From Prorocentrum cordatum (taxonomy: Eukaryota), in the NCBI GenBank assembly GCA_963575745.1, contig CAUYUJ010000237.1, positions 248,001 to 312,000 of the forward strand: 64,000 bases of DNA, read 5' to 3'. The notes beneath the pieces were generated by a model that was not told where the DNA came from, did not search any database, and was given only the letters and a program-made list of their open reading frames with translations. A program made the position numbers and the translations under genes. Below are positions 50,101 to 63,049 of the stretch, one piece after another. Position 1 is the first letter of the stretch; each line of letters opens with the position of its first letter.

Positions 50101-52430
50101 TTCTAAACCAGCACATGGGCTCGCTCAAGATCCCCTATACGAGCCGCACAAGGAACCTCGGCCACGAGCTCCCAGGCCCCCACGTCCTAAGGAACACGGA
50201 AGAGAAGCGCTTCAAGCAGTGCAGAAGGAGGCAACGGCATTCGCAGTTGAAAAAGTGTTAGGACAGCGCGCGACGTCTACATGACGCACAGGAGCTGGGC
50301 CGCGCGTCGGCCACGGGGCCGCGGCGGCTGGCGACGCGACCCTCCGCGGGCTCAGACTCTGTTGCCGCGATGACTGGGGCCCTTGCCAGGTCTTCGACCA
50401 GGGCAACACCGCATCTCATGAGCCACACTGGCGACGCGCACGAGCCGATATATCATGCCACGCTCCAGGCGTTCACCGAGCTCGCTGAGTCGATTCGGGA
50501 TTGTCGGATTCAGCCCAGTCGGCTACACAATGCCTAGGTACAGCTTCGGGAGAAGTCCGGGGAAAAAACTGCCGCGTTGGGCCCTGGCCAGGCGGCCCCT
50601 CGGAGCTGCGCGGTCGTCACTCCGGCGGATGGCGCTGGATTTTGTCTCGCACCACGTAGCGGCGAACGATGTGGGCATCGCATGCGGATTACATGCCATC
50701 CGCCCTCGGGACATTCGGGTGCTCCTGGTTGAAGGTTCCACAGGTGGTAGCACGAGCGGACATTGCGACGGCATCCTTTCCGCGCGGCACCGCTTGCGAC
50801 GTCATTCAGTGGGGGGTATCAGGCGTCCCAGGAGGCTCGGGGCGCCGCGAGAGCATTGCGTTGACGGCAGTTCCATTCCTGCTCGTCTCGGCATACGGGC
50901 TGGAGGCCCATCGAGGCCACGTCGTGCACGTGGGAGGAGCATGGAGGGGTTGTTGGGGCGCGGCATACTACGCATGGCTGCCAGCCGCTCTTGTAAGGGA
51001 GCCAGGTGAGTTGCATGACTCGCTGCCAGAACATCCGTCGGTGGTTCGGGGCCGATTCTTGCAGGGCGGAGAGGGGCTCAGGCAACAGCTTCCGAATGCC
51101 ATTCACTTGGTCTTCGGGGCCCCAGACCTCCAGCAGAGACTTCAGATTGCAATTCATTTCCGAAGTCTTCGCATCGGGCGACATTGAGGGCTCGTGGGGC
51201 CCAGCGTCATACCCTGATTGGTCGGGGCATGCGTCGAGTACGCCGAGACTCGCAGATGCGGGTGGTCAGTCTGCCAGCTGGGCCCTGACGCGTTCTTGCC
51301 GCATAGGGCCGTCCTTGGCCCATTGTCGCATGTAGTCCAGACGCTTGGCCGTGCTGAACGATGCGATATCAGGACGGGCTTGGGATACCACCCTAACCGC
51401 AGTTTGTTCGTGACCGATCTGAGTTATTTGGTCAAGGATGGCTTGAGTTGGAACGAGTCGTTGCAGCGCGGTCGAGCGAAGCACGGCAGAGTTTGGTGAG
51501 AGATGTTTGCCGCCGCCAGTGTCCGTGCGCTTGCTCTCCCTTTTGCCAAATTTCAACTGGCTCGAGCGCGTCGCGACATCGACGGCGCGGTGGAAGCCGC
51601 GGGCCCCATCGAAGATTGGCTCGGCAACGCCCGGGCTGACTTATTCGCCGAGCGTTGCGCGGACTCAGGTGGTGACCGAGACGCCCAGCGAGAGCACGCT
51701 TGTCGCGCTGACCGAAGGCAAGATGGCGCTAAGTTACATCGCCTGGGGGATCCAGCGGGCCACTATGCCCCAGAAGTGCGGGCGTGACGAGATCCTTCGG
51801 GCCAGGCCCCCTGGACGTGGACATCCTGCCCTGTTCCAGAGGGCCGACGACCATGATCCGCGGCTGCGCAAGCGCTCGGGCATCTACAGGTGCCGAGCAC
51901 GCAGGACCATGACGCGCACGGAGGCGCCCCCCGTGCATCTCAGCGTCGGTGGCGGGCGCGGGCGTGCCCCGAGCGCGGCTGCGCGCGCCCTGAGCTCCGA
52001 GCGCGCCAGGAGCGCCTCCGCGGGGCCCTCTGCGCGGTCCCCGCGCAGCCTCTGCGCCCCCCGCCGCCGAAGCCCCTTTAGAGCATCTCAGGGCCCAGCT
52101 CCCTCCCCAGCCGCGCCTGCGGCCTTGGAGGCGCTGCCGCTAGCCGACGCAGCTCCGAACGGTGGCGCCGACACGTTGGTCGCGGATTTTTTCGGCTCCA
52201 GAGCACGAGGTCTTCCGCGTGAAATCGATGCACCGCTGCCGCCGCTGCGCTGGCCACTGCGATTGATCTGGGCCCCGCTCGGCCCACGAGGAAGCTCCAG
52301 CACGCGCGCGGGGCCCCCAGAGAACCAGAGCACGCGCCGGAACCGGCTCGCGGTTATCGCGGGGATCGTCCGTGGGATTCCGCCCCGCCAGAGGAGGGCG
52401 GGCCCGGGGTTTGTGGGCGTGGCTAAGTGC
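47200..52430 (+). mobile_element. Near full-length decayed LINE (ORF1 tail, APE, RT, RNase H)
   Basis: Collinear motifs: ORF1 end ~47366; APE ASGVAVL, GGVTFASAHL, WVAGRDWN (47850-48460); RT start LPRIGLDRVQEVVRGF..LDVLSDQAL (~49330-49460); RNase H RRCGWSVCQLG..QTLGRAER..FVTDL..DWLGNARADLFA (51200-51660). Confidence 0.85.
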
Positions 52431-52607
52431 TGATGCCCGCACGCCCTCTCCCTTCCAATTCTTCGCTCTTTCAGCACCTGCTTGTCAGCACCTGCTGCTG
52501 GTGGCTTCTCTCGGCTGCCGAGCACTTCGAGGCGCGGCAAGGAGCAGAGGCCCCCCCGAACAACTTCACTACTATAGCGGGAGCGCTGCTCTGGAAGTCG
52601 GCAATGG

Positions 52608-52779
52608 TCGGGGGTGGACAGAACCCCCAACAGTGACACGTCGATTAGTGAATTGTCCGTTTTCGGTTCTCGAGAGGGCGCCGTGGCCGTTATTTTCCAG
52701 GCTTGCGCCCGCCAGGTTTGGGCCTCAGGTCGTTTTCACTAAACCACGTTTTACTAAAGGGGGGTCTGTCCATCCCCGA
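52608..52779. mobile_element. 172-bp MITE copy 2, TSD AATGG
   Basis: Three substitutions seen relative to 36268-36439. AATGG at 52603-52607 and 52780-52784. Confidence 0.95.
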
Positions 52780-53339
52780 AATGGTTGCCGCCTGCCACCA
52801 GGGCGCTCTAGCTGTTGCTAGGCGGTGCAGGTGATGCGCAGCCTGCCCTGGAACTCGGGCCGAGGGGGTCCGCCTGTGCTTCGGCAGTTGTCAGGTTCGG
52901 CCCCGTCCAGGTGTAGCTTGGCCTTTTGGCCTCGCGTGCCTGCGAAGGGCCACCCAGCTTCGAGTCTCTGGGACGGGTCTCGCCACCGGCGCCCCGTCGC
53001 ACCTTCGGCCAGGCTCAGAGTGTTTGTCCCGCGGGCTGGGTTTTCCGCTGGCCAAGTTGGCTGCTGGCTCGTCCGTTGGCTTTTGAGTTTTGTTAGACAC
53101 CTGGGCTTCTGCGGGAGGGATGAGCCACACGCCCCCCGCGCGGGAGTGTCGGTGGTTTTTCAGGCCCCCCGCTCCTCATGGGCCTCGTGTCTCACTTTCG
53201 GGTCCCTCAGGTCCTCCTCGTTTTGTCCTGAGCTGTGTTCGTTCGTCGGACGCATGTTTGACTTTCTCGCTCGCTCCCTGCTCCCATTTTTTTTCCCCCC
53301 CTTCCTCCCCTTCCTCCTCTCTCATCTTCCTCCGCCTGC

Positions 53340-53566
53340 TCGTCTTCCGTCCTCCTCCTCAATCTCGTCCTCCTGACGCAGTCAGCTTTTTACCTTGCAC
53401 ATTTCCCCTCCTCCTCCTCGTCCTCCTCTTTTCTATTTCCTCTTCCGCCCTCGTCATACCTCATCCCTGTCCTCGTCCTCCTCCTCCTCCTCCTCCTCCT
53501 CCTCCTCATCCTCCTCCTCCTCCTCCTCCTCCTCCTCCTCCTCCTCCTGCTCCTCCTCCTCCTCCC
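53340..53566. repeat. (CCT)n-rich tract
   Basis: Directly visible. Confidence 0.85.
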
Positions 53567-54004
53567 CGATGCGCCCGCGCGAGCTCCCGCAATCGTGGGA
53601 GTGGGAATGGCCTCTCGGGCTGGCCCGCGAGACCTGACGCCACGACCGGGCCGCAGGCGACTTCGGAGTTTGAGACAAGGGCGCGCGTGGATGGCGAGAC
53701 AGGTTTCTTGGATTCAGAAAGTCCGGTTCTTGGTTTGTGTCATTCAAAAAACCATGTTTTTTGAATTCACGAAAAAACAGGTTCAGCCACGCGCGGAGGG
53801 CGGAGGGGGAGGGGGAAGGGCTTCTCAGAAACACCCCTGCTTCTTAGAAGGCGCGGGCCTTATCTGTAGACGGAAGGCGGGCGCCTTCCAAGGAGCAGCC
53901 TCCTTCTAAGGAGCCCTCCCCCCTCCCTCCACCCCCCTTTGTGCGCACCGCCAGCAAGTGAGGTCTGATCTCGGTGGACGCCTCTGGGCGGCCAGGCGCC
54001 GCCG

Positions 54005-54745
54005 CCCCGCTTGCCTTGGAGCGCGGAGAGGCTGTGCGAGGGTGGTGCCCGTGGACGAGGGGCGCGTCCGCAGCGGGACGCGCGGCAGGAGGCTCCACAT
54101 GCCACAGGGGGCGGGGAGACTTCAAAACAAAAAAAACAGGTTTTTGGATTCAAATGCCACAGGGGGGGGTGAATTCAAAAACCGTGCGCACAGCCGGACC
54201 GAGGTGTGAGGCCGAGGCCGGTTCGGGGAGCATGCCCTAGCCCCACCTGTCTTGGAGCGCGGAGGCCGTGCGAGGGCAGCGCAAGTGGACGAGGGGAACG
54301 TCAACAGCGGAAGGCGCGACAAGGGCTCCACACGCCACAGGGGGGGGGGGGGGGGGAACATTCGCACCGTCGGACCGAGGCACGAGGTCGAGGTCGGCTC
54401 GGGGAGCGCACCCTAAGCCCCACTGTCTTGGAGCACGGAGGCTGTGCGAGGGCAGTGCAAGTGGACGAGGGGAACGTCAACAGCGGAGGGCGCCACAGGG
54501 GTTCAACATGCCACAGGGGGGATCGTTCGCACTGCCAGACCGAGGTATAAGATCGAGGTCGCTTTGAGGAGCGTACCCTAGCCCCTCTGCCTTGGAGCGC
54601 GGAGACTGTGCAAGGGCAGCGCAAGTGGACGAGGGGAACGTCAACAGCGGGGGCCGCGACAGGGATTCGACATGCCACAGGGGGGATCATTCGCACCGTC
54701 GGACCGAGGTATGAGATCAAGGTCGCCTCGGGGAGCGTGCCCTAG
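54005..54745 (+). repeat. ~165-180-bp minisatellite, 4 copies
   Basis: CTTGGAGCGCGGAG..GTGGACGAGGGGAACGTCAACAGCGG..CCACAGGGGG units start at ~54005, 54241, 54417 and 54581. Confidence 0.9.
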
Positions 54746-56276
54746 TGTTCTTCGTGCTTGTGGGGTGTTCTTGTGCCTTCTGGGGGAGGGAACCCTCGAG
54801 ATGTTCTTCGGTCTGGCGGGCGGAGGGTTTCATGCTCTTGAAGAATGTATTTGTTCTGCCCTAGGTACGACTGTATTCAGAAGCGGCCCGAGCATGTCCC
54901 GCGACACCCACAGGCAACCGCGAGGGCCACCCAGATGTTGAAGACACAGAGGGCAAAAGGGAGCTACGCGTCTCAACTGGCGTCTGAGGCGGGTTCGCGG
55001 GGAGGGCGGGTGGGGGAGCAGGAGAGCCCTCGGCCAGTGCAGGTACGGAGACTAGAGCTGCGGGGGCTTTTCAGTGACGGCGGGGGGCGAAGACGGCCAC
55101 AGGGGGGCCAACAAACACACACCGACGAATGCCCAAAAGGGCCCCGAGGGGCTCCGAAAACACTCCTGCGGGCTTTGAGACATGCAGTCAGCGCGCCCTG
55201 CCACGATGAGGTTCATCACTGGAAGTGTGAACGATGTTAGAATAGAGGACAAGCACAACTCACGCACGGCCAACTGGCTGCTGCGATACGGAAGACCAAC
55301 ATTGCTGCCCATACCGACCAGACCAATCGGACCAATGCAACCATACCAACCAGATGAACGGTCTTGCGACTTCTTGTTGACCAGACGCCCAGATATGTTT
55401 TGCGATAAGTATGTTGTCATAAATGTGATGTGGTGGGGTTAATGTACTCATCTATGTGGTGTGAGCTATGTGATGTAAGCTACGCGGTGTAACTCGCCCT
55501 GCCGAACTTGAAGTTGGCAACTCCACTGCTCGCGCAATCGCCCCATCCACACACCCGCCACTTGGTTTGCAAAACCCACGCTGGCTGGCGCATCGCCGCG
55601 GCCGCGCTAGCTCGCATGTTCGCGCGCGAAGCTGGCAGCTAATTTGGTGCGACCGACGCGGCCGCGGTGGCGCTGACCGTTGGGCACTTCCCAGCGGGCA
55701 CTTCACTGCGAGTCGGCGACTTGGACGGGGGCGGTATCGTAGCAACGTCGACAACGGTAGACACGATGATGGTAGTAGCGATGTTGGTGACGATGATGAC
55801 AACGACGACAGCAAGGCCAGTGACGGCGGCGATGCTGATCACGCCGACGACGATGACGACGTCCTCGCGTCTGCGATGATGGTGTTAGAAGGAGTTCGAC
55901 ATGCGCGCTCGGCCGACGCGTGAGAGTGGCCCGCATGGCATTATGTGACACGGCTCGTGCCCCCCCAACGCGCGCGCAAGGGCGTGCGAATGATTTTCAC
56001 ATGCGGCACGCGAGGCCGGTTTGGCAGAATTGAATAAATAATTCGCTGTAACACCAACAATTCGCAAGAGCGCGAGCGCAAGCATGTTCGAAAACTGAGA
56101 TTGTCAAACCATGTGTTCGTCATATATTGTTCGGGGACCTCGATTTCAAAATCTGTACGAAACCTTTTGGTTTTCCCCAAACATCCTGTGATATTGGATC
56201 TTCGCGTTGAACAGACAGCGCCCCGCGTTCCCACTCACTCCTCCTCATCCTTGCCTCTGCCCTCCACATGTCTCTG

Positions 56277-57475
56277 TTTCGGCACACCCCTCACACGCTT
56301 CGTGGCCCCATACGGTGGCACCACCGAAGGCCCCAGTGGGAGGGTTCGCATGGCGCCACCGAACCCGTGCCAGCACACCCCTCACACGTTTCGTGGCCCC
56401 ATGGGGAGCTCCACCGAAGGCCCCCGTGGCAGGGTCTGCATGGCACCGCCGCCCCATGTCTGCACACCGCTCACACGTTTCGTGGCCCCATAGGGAGCTC
56501 CACCGAAGGCCCCAGCGGGAGGGTTCGCATGGCACCGCCGCCCCATTTCGGCACACCCCTCACACGTTCCGTGGCCCCATAGGGAGCTCCACCGAAGGCC
56601 CCAGCGGGAGAGTCCGCATGGCACCACCGTGCCCACTTCGGCACCACCTCTCACGCGTTTCGTGGCCCCACAGGGAACTCCACCGAAGGCCCCAGTCGCC
56701 ACCGCACCCATTTCGGCACACCCCTCACACGATTCGTGGCCCCATACAAAAAGTTCCACCGAAAGCCCCAGTGGCAGGGTCCGCATGGCGCCACCGCACT
56801 CATTTCGACGTTCCGTGGCCCCATAGGAAGCTCCACCGAAGGCCCCAGTGGCAGGGTCCGCATGGCGCCACCGCACCAATTTCGGCACACCCTTCATACG
56901 GTCCGTGGCACCATAGGGAGCTCCACCGAAAGCCCCAGTGGCAGGGTCAGCATGGCGCCACCGCACCCATTTCGGCACACTCCTCACGCGGTCCGTGGTC
57001 CCTCAGGGAGCCCCACCGAAGGCAACCGTGAAAGGGTCCGCATGGCGCCACCGCACCGAAGTCGGCACACCCCTCACACGTTCCGTGGCCCCATATGTGA
57101 GCTCCACCGAAAGCCCCAGTGGCACGGTCCGCATGGCGTCACCGCACCTGATTCGGCACATTCCTCACACGTTCCGTGGCCCCATAGGGAGCTCCACCGA
57201 AGGCCCCAGTGGCAGGGTCCGCATGGCGCCGCCGCCCAATTTCGGCACACCGCTCACACGGTTCGTGGCCCCACAGGGAGCTCCACCGAAGGCCACAATG
57301 GCATGGTTCGCATGGTGCCACCACACCCATATCGGTACACCCCTCACACGTTTTGTGGCCCCACATGGGGGCTCCACCGAAGACCACAATGGCACTGTTC
57401 GCATGGCGCCCCCGCACCCATTTCGGCACACATCTCACACGTTTTGTGGCCTCACAGGGAGATCCACCGACGGCG
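56277..57475 (+). repeat. 89-90-bp satellite array 3 (subtype GCATGGC(A/G)CC(A/G)CCGC)
   Basis: About 13 units visible. Confidence 0.95.
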
Positions 57476-57834
57476 GGTCTTACAACTCCAGTATTCACAA
57501 TTGCATAGTGTTGGGCCCGTCGCCTGGATAATTGAAGGAATCCCGCATGCGCGCGCGACGACGCCCGCGTGTGCACTTCGCCCCAGTGGTTGCAAGGGAT
57601 TCGTGTGACAGCACGCGCGCAAGAGCGTTCAAGCGATTCCGACATGCGCGCGCATGTGAAGAACATGTCGAAAAACCTATGTCCTTAAGAATATGCAAGA
57701 GCGCAAGCGCACGCTTGTTTTGATCATTAGTGTTGCGAAGCCATGTGTTTTCCCAACCATCCTGTGGTGGTGGGTCCTTGTTTTCAAGAGACAGCGCCCC
57801 GCGTCTCCATCCTCCTCTCCTCTCATCCTCCTCC

Positions 57835-59077
57835 CCTGCGGGAGGGTCAGAATGGCACCGCCGCCTCATTTCGGCACACCCTTCACACGGTTCGTGGCCT
57901 CAGAGGGAGCTCCACCGAAGGCCCCAGTGGCAGGGTCTACATGGCACCGCCGCCCCGTGTCTGCACACCGGGAGCTCCACCGAAGGCCCCGGCGGGAGGG
58001 TCCGCATGGCACCGCCGCCCCATTTCGGCACACCCCTCACACGTTCCGTGGCCCCATAGGGAGCCCCACCGAAGGCCCCAGCGGGAGGGTCCGCATGGCA
58101 CCGCCGCCCCATTTCGGCACACCCCTCACACGTTTAGAGGCCCCATAGGGAGCTCCACCGAAGGCTTCCGTGGAAGGGTCTGCATGGCACCACCGCCCGA
58201 TTTCGGCACACCCTTCACACGGTTCGTGGCCCCACAGGGAGCTCCACCGAAGGCCCCCGTGGCAGGGTCTGCATGGCACCGCCGCCCCATGTCTGCACAC
58301 CGCTCACACGTTTCGTGGCCCCATAGGGAGCTCCACCGAAGGCCCCAGCGGGAGGGTCCGCATGGCACCGCCGCCCCATTTCGGCACACTTCCACACGGT
58401 TCGTGGCCCCATAGGGAGTTCCACCGAAGGTTTCCGTGGAAGGGTCCGCATGGCACCACCGCCCGATTTCGGCACACCTCTCTCACAGTTCGTGGCCCCA
58501 TAGGGAGTTCCACCGAAGGCCTCAGCGGGAGGGTCCACATGGCAGCGCCGCCCCATATCGGCACATTTTTCACACGGTTCGTGGCCCCATATGGGAGTTC
58601 CAGTGGCCACATAAGGAGTTCCACCGAAGGCCCCAGCGGGAGGGTCCGCATGGCACCGCCGCCACATTTCGGCAGATGTTTCACACGGTTCGTGGCCCCA
58701 AATGGGAGTTCCACAGAAGGCCCCAGCGGGAGGGTCCGCATGGCACCGCCGCCCCTTTTCGGCACACCTCTCACACGCTTCGTGGTTTCATAGGGAGCTT
58801 TACCGAAGGCCCCAGTGGCAGGGTCCGCATGGTACCGCCGCCCAATTTCGGCACACCCCTCACACGGTTCGTGGCCCCATAGGGAGCTCCACCGAAGGCT
58901 CCAGCGGGAGGGTCCGCATGGCACCGCCGCCCCATTTCGGCACACCCTTCACACGTTTGGCGGCCCCTATAGGGAGCTCCACCGAAGGCCCCAGCGGGAG
59001 GGTCCGCATGGCACCGCCGCCCCATTTCGGCACACCCCTTCACACGGTCCGTGGCCACATAGGGAGCTCCACCGAAA
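57835..59077 (+). repeat. 89-bp satellite array 4
   Basis: Period 89 (58037, 58126, 58215, 58304); about 14 units. Confidence 0.95.
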
Positions 59078-59361
59078 TTGGTACACGCAACGCGTTATGC
59101 ACAATTGCGCATGGTTGAAGGATTGCGGCATGCGCGTGCGACGTCGCCCGCATGTGCATGTCGCCCCATTAGCTTCAAGGGACTTAAGATAATTGATGGT
59201 CGTTGATGAAAGAGTGCGCGCGCATATTATTCCCCAACCATCTGGTGGTGTTGGGTCTTCGTTTTGCCGAGACAGCGCCCCGCGTCACTCCTCTGCTGCC
59301 CTTTCACCCGTCATCTCATATCCGCGCCTCTCTTCCCATCCCTCCCTCTGTTCTCCACATG

Positions 59362-60580
59362 TCCATTTCGGCACACCCATCACACGGTTCGTGGCCCCAC
59401 AGGGAGCTCCACCGAGGGCCCCAGTGACAGGGTCCGCATGCGCCACCGCCCCATGTCGGCACACCCCTCACACGGTTCGTGGCCCCATAGGGAGCCACAC
59501 CGAAGGCCCCAGTGGCAGGGTCCGCATGGTGCCGCCGCCCCATTTCGGCAAGTTTTTCACACGGTTCGTGGCCCCATAGGGAGTTCCACCGAAGGCTTCA
59601 GCGGGAGGGTTTGCGTGAGTCCGCCGCCATATTTCGACACAACCCCTCACACGTTTCGTGGCCCCATATGGGGGCCCCACCGAAGGCCACAGTGGCAGGA
59701 TTCGCTTGGCGCCGCCGCCACATTTCAGCACATTTCTCACACGGTTCGTGGCCCCATAGGAGCTCCACCGAATGCCCCAATGGCAGGGGCCGCATGGCGT
59801 TGCCGCACAACTTCGGCATACCCCTCACACAGTTCGTGGCCCGATTGGGAGCCCCACCGAAGGCCACAGGCAGGGTCCCCATGGCACCGCCGCCCCATTT
59901 CGCACACCCCTCACACGGTTCGTGGCCCTAGGGAGCTCCACTGAAGTAGGGAGTTCCACCGAAAGCCCAAGTGACAGGGTCCGCATGGCGCCGCCGCCCC
60001 ATTTCGGCACACCCTTCACACGGTTCGTGGCCCCATAGGGAGTTCCACCGAAGGCCCCAGCGGCAGAGTGTACATCCCAGCCAGCCATTTCTGCACACCC
60101 TTCGCACGTTCCATGGCCCCTTAGGGAGCTCCACCGAAAGCCCCAGTGGCAGGGTTTGCACGCGTCCGTGCCATCCATGTTGGCACACCCCTCACACGGT
60201 CCGTGGCCCTATAGAGAGTTCCACCGAACTCCCCAGAGGCAGGGCTCGCATGGCGCCACCGCACCCATTTCGGCACACCCTTCGCACGCTCCGTGACCCA
60301 TAGGGAGCTCCACCGAAAGCCCCAGTGGCAGGGTTCGCATGGCACCACCGCGCCCATTTCGGCACACCCCTCACACGCTTCGTTGCCCCACAGGAAGCTC
60401 CACCGAAGGCCCCAGTGGCAGGGTCCGCATGGCGCCACCGCACCCATTTCGGCACACCCCTCAAACGCTTCGTGGCCCCACAGGGAGCTTCACCGAATGC
60501 CACAGTGTCTGGGGAAGCATGGCGCCCATCTCGGCACGCCTTTCACAAGTTTCGTGGCCCCACAGGGAGACCCACCGAAC
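59362..60580 (+). repeat. 89-bp satellite array 5
   Basis: About 14 more diverged units. Confidence 0.95.
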
Positions 60581-60829
60581 CTGGGGCTCACAACTGCGGT
60601 ACCCACAATTGCATATGTTTGGGTCCTTCGCCATTCTCATTTTTTTGCAGAGGATGTGGGGGCGAAATTTCCGGAGTAGCTCGGATGATATGTACTCATA
60701 TATACGGTTGACGATGGGGCAGAATCATATGTAACTTGCAATACGCGAAGGGGAGCCGTTAAGTCCGGGGTAGAGGTGGGGGAGGCGGCCACTCCTCAAC
60801 CATCCGGGAAACCTCTTTGACACCCTCCC

Positions 60830-61260
60830 GAGTTGTTCCCCAGAGGCCGCCCGGAGAAGCCAATGAGGGCACCAAAATAAAACAAAGGCCCCAATCGGCC
60901 CCCGAGACGGTCCAAGGCGCCCAAGACTGCCTCCAGACGGCCCAGCTCGAAGAGGCCTACAAGCAATTGGCGTTTCCGCCTGTTCCGCTCCCCGACGCTG
61001 CAAGACGCCCCAAGAGGCCCCGAGGATCGCCCCAAGACGGCTCACTGGGCTTCAAAAGCGCCCCAAGACGGCTCTAAGACGGCTCCAAAACGGCCGATGG
61101 GACGTCCAAGACGGCCCGAGAGGGCCCCAACGGCGGCCTAGGATCGGGAACGTGAGCCGAGAACCCGAGATCTTCGCCCCAGGAGACCCGCAGGAGGCTT
61201 CAAGAGGTTTCCAACAAGCTTCAAAGAGGCCCAAAAGAGCTCCAAAAGAGGCCCGAGGGC
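60830..61260 (-). repeat. GGGCCTCTTGG family in reverse orientation
   Basis: CCAAGAGGCCC / CCAAGACGG units; a similar patch lies at 41300-41430. Confidence 0.7.
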
Positions 61261-61309
61261 ATTAAAAAAAACGGAAATTCCAACATTCCCTCTTTTTTCA
61301 AGTTCGCGC

Positions 61310-61327
61310 GCACACACACACGTACGT

Positions 61328-61358
<31 letters not shown>

Positions 61359-61747
61359 GAAAGAGAGAGAGAGGGAGAGAGATGTGTGTATACATATATA
61401 TATACACATACTTAACACATCCGTACGTACATACGTACATACACATGTACATACACACATGAATGCACATGTATAGATATAGGAAGGACCATACACAAAC
61501 TTCTTATAGACATGTGTATATGTATGTACATACATACATACATACGTACGTACATACATACATACACACATGCAAAACTGCATTGGCTGTTCGTGCCATG
61601 CACCGTGGTCCTTGAATTTTCGCGCGCATGCGGCGTCCGTGCGAGTGTACATTCGCGCACGGATTTGCCTATGCCTGTGCACACGCGCACGTGCATGCAC
61701 GTTGCACATACACATGTTAACATATATATGTATATATGCATATGTAC

Positions 61748-61778
<31 letters not shown>

Positions 61779-62010
61779 CATCTATATACACAAGATTGCA
61801 TTGGCGCTGCGCGCCATGTACCTTGGTTCTTTGGAATTCGCACGCTAGCGGAGTGCGAGCGTGCGTACATGCGCACACACATGCGTCTATGAATGCCTCG
61901 TACATATGTACATATATATATATACACATACATGCACGTGTGTATGTATATGTACATGTATATGCAAATGGTCAGTGTAACTATGTGTGCGCATACACAT
62001 GCGTACATCA
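61310..62010. repeat. (TA/CA/TACA)n low-complexity region with a ~218-bp duplication
   Basis: TGCATTGGC...GCCATG.ACC.TGGT at ~61579 and ~61797. Confidence 0.85.
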
Positions 62011-62139
62011 GGCGGTAGTGGCCTGACCAGTTGTTCATATCATCGCGCCACTAAAAGGCGCGAGGGTCTCAGGCAATCGTGGTCAGACTACCATGGGACA
62101 GTGCGTCGCCGAGGTCAGTGTTGCGAGGACGTCCCGGGT

Positions 62140-62490
62140 GAAAATGGCCTGAACACCTCCGCTCAGGGGAGGGCATATCCGAAGTCAGCCGCGCGAGGAA
62201 GTTTCAAGCGAGGATTGGTCTGAACACCTCTGCTCAGGGCATCCTTGAAGTTCGAGTTGCGAGAAGTCGCACGCGAAAGTGGCCGAACCAGCATGGTGCA
62301 AGGCACCTCCGAAGTGAGACTTGCGGGAGTGTCTCAGGCGACAGTGGCTGGAACACCTCAACTGAGAGTGTCTCGGGCCCCAGAGCTGCGATGATGTCTC
62401 GAGCGAAAACGGCTGGACCGATGCGAAGCAAGGCGCTTCTGAGGTCGGAGTTGCGAGCATATCTCTGGCGAAGCGGATTAGACTACTTTC
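62140..62490 (+). repeat. Degenerate ~66-bp tandem repeat
   Basis: TGG.CTGAACACCTC motif recurs at ~62145, 62216 and 62345. Confidence 0.5.
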
Positions 62491-63049
62491 CGTTATCTCC
62501 TCTTCCTCCTCCCCTTTTTCCTTTCCTCTTCCCCCTCCTCCTCCCCCTCCTCCTCCTCCTCCTCCTGTTCCTCCTCCTCTTCCTCTCCCCCCTCTCCGCT
62601 TCTTTTTTTGTCCATTCCCCCCATCCCTGGCGGCGCGGCGAGGTGCCGCTCGGCCTCTCTGCGAGTCAAGCGGCAAAGGGTGAGAGAACCCCCCCGAATT
62701 AGGAACGGTTTTTCCCAAGCCGCCAAGGGGGCCCGAAGGTAGCGCAAGAGGCGGCGCAGGTTTTGAAATCCCCCAGGGGCTCGTCGGATTCGGCTGGCCC
62801 TCTCCGGTAAGGTAGGCAAGGGCACCGCGTCCAGGTGCTCAATCCCCCGTATCCCCCTCCCCTCGTCTTCGTTCCCTCCTCCATGTCCCCCTCCCCCTCG
62901 TCCTCGTCCTAGCCATTTGATACAACAACGACGACGACGAAGAAGGCGACGACAAAGAGAAGGGATAATGAGAGGGGGAGACCGCTGTGTTGGGATCTCG
63001 TGGTGCGCCTCTCGGGGCCCTATGGGAGGCAGTTTTGAAGCCTCTGGGG

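Larger units (their letters stand above)
55480..60775 (+). repeat. Second cluster of the composite repeat, with three 89-bp arrays
   Basis: Same ~500-bp block (55515-56010), same array leader (..GGGTCTTCGTTTTG..GAGAC....CCCCGCG) and same terminal block (GATGGGGCAGAATCATATGTAACTTGCAATAC) as 24590-33190. Confidence 0.85.

Noticed and set aside
54880..55440. Possible LINE C-terminal fragment (HHWKCERC)
   Set aside because: A single Cys motif with no other ordered motifs recognised.
62907..62925. TCCTAGCCATTTGATACAA as a third SL relic
   Set aside because: Only a ~10-nt core matches and no credible ORF follows.
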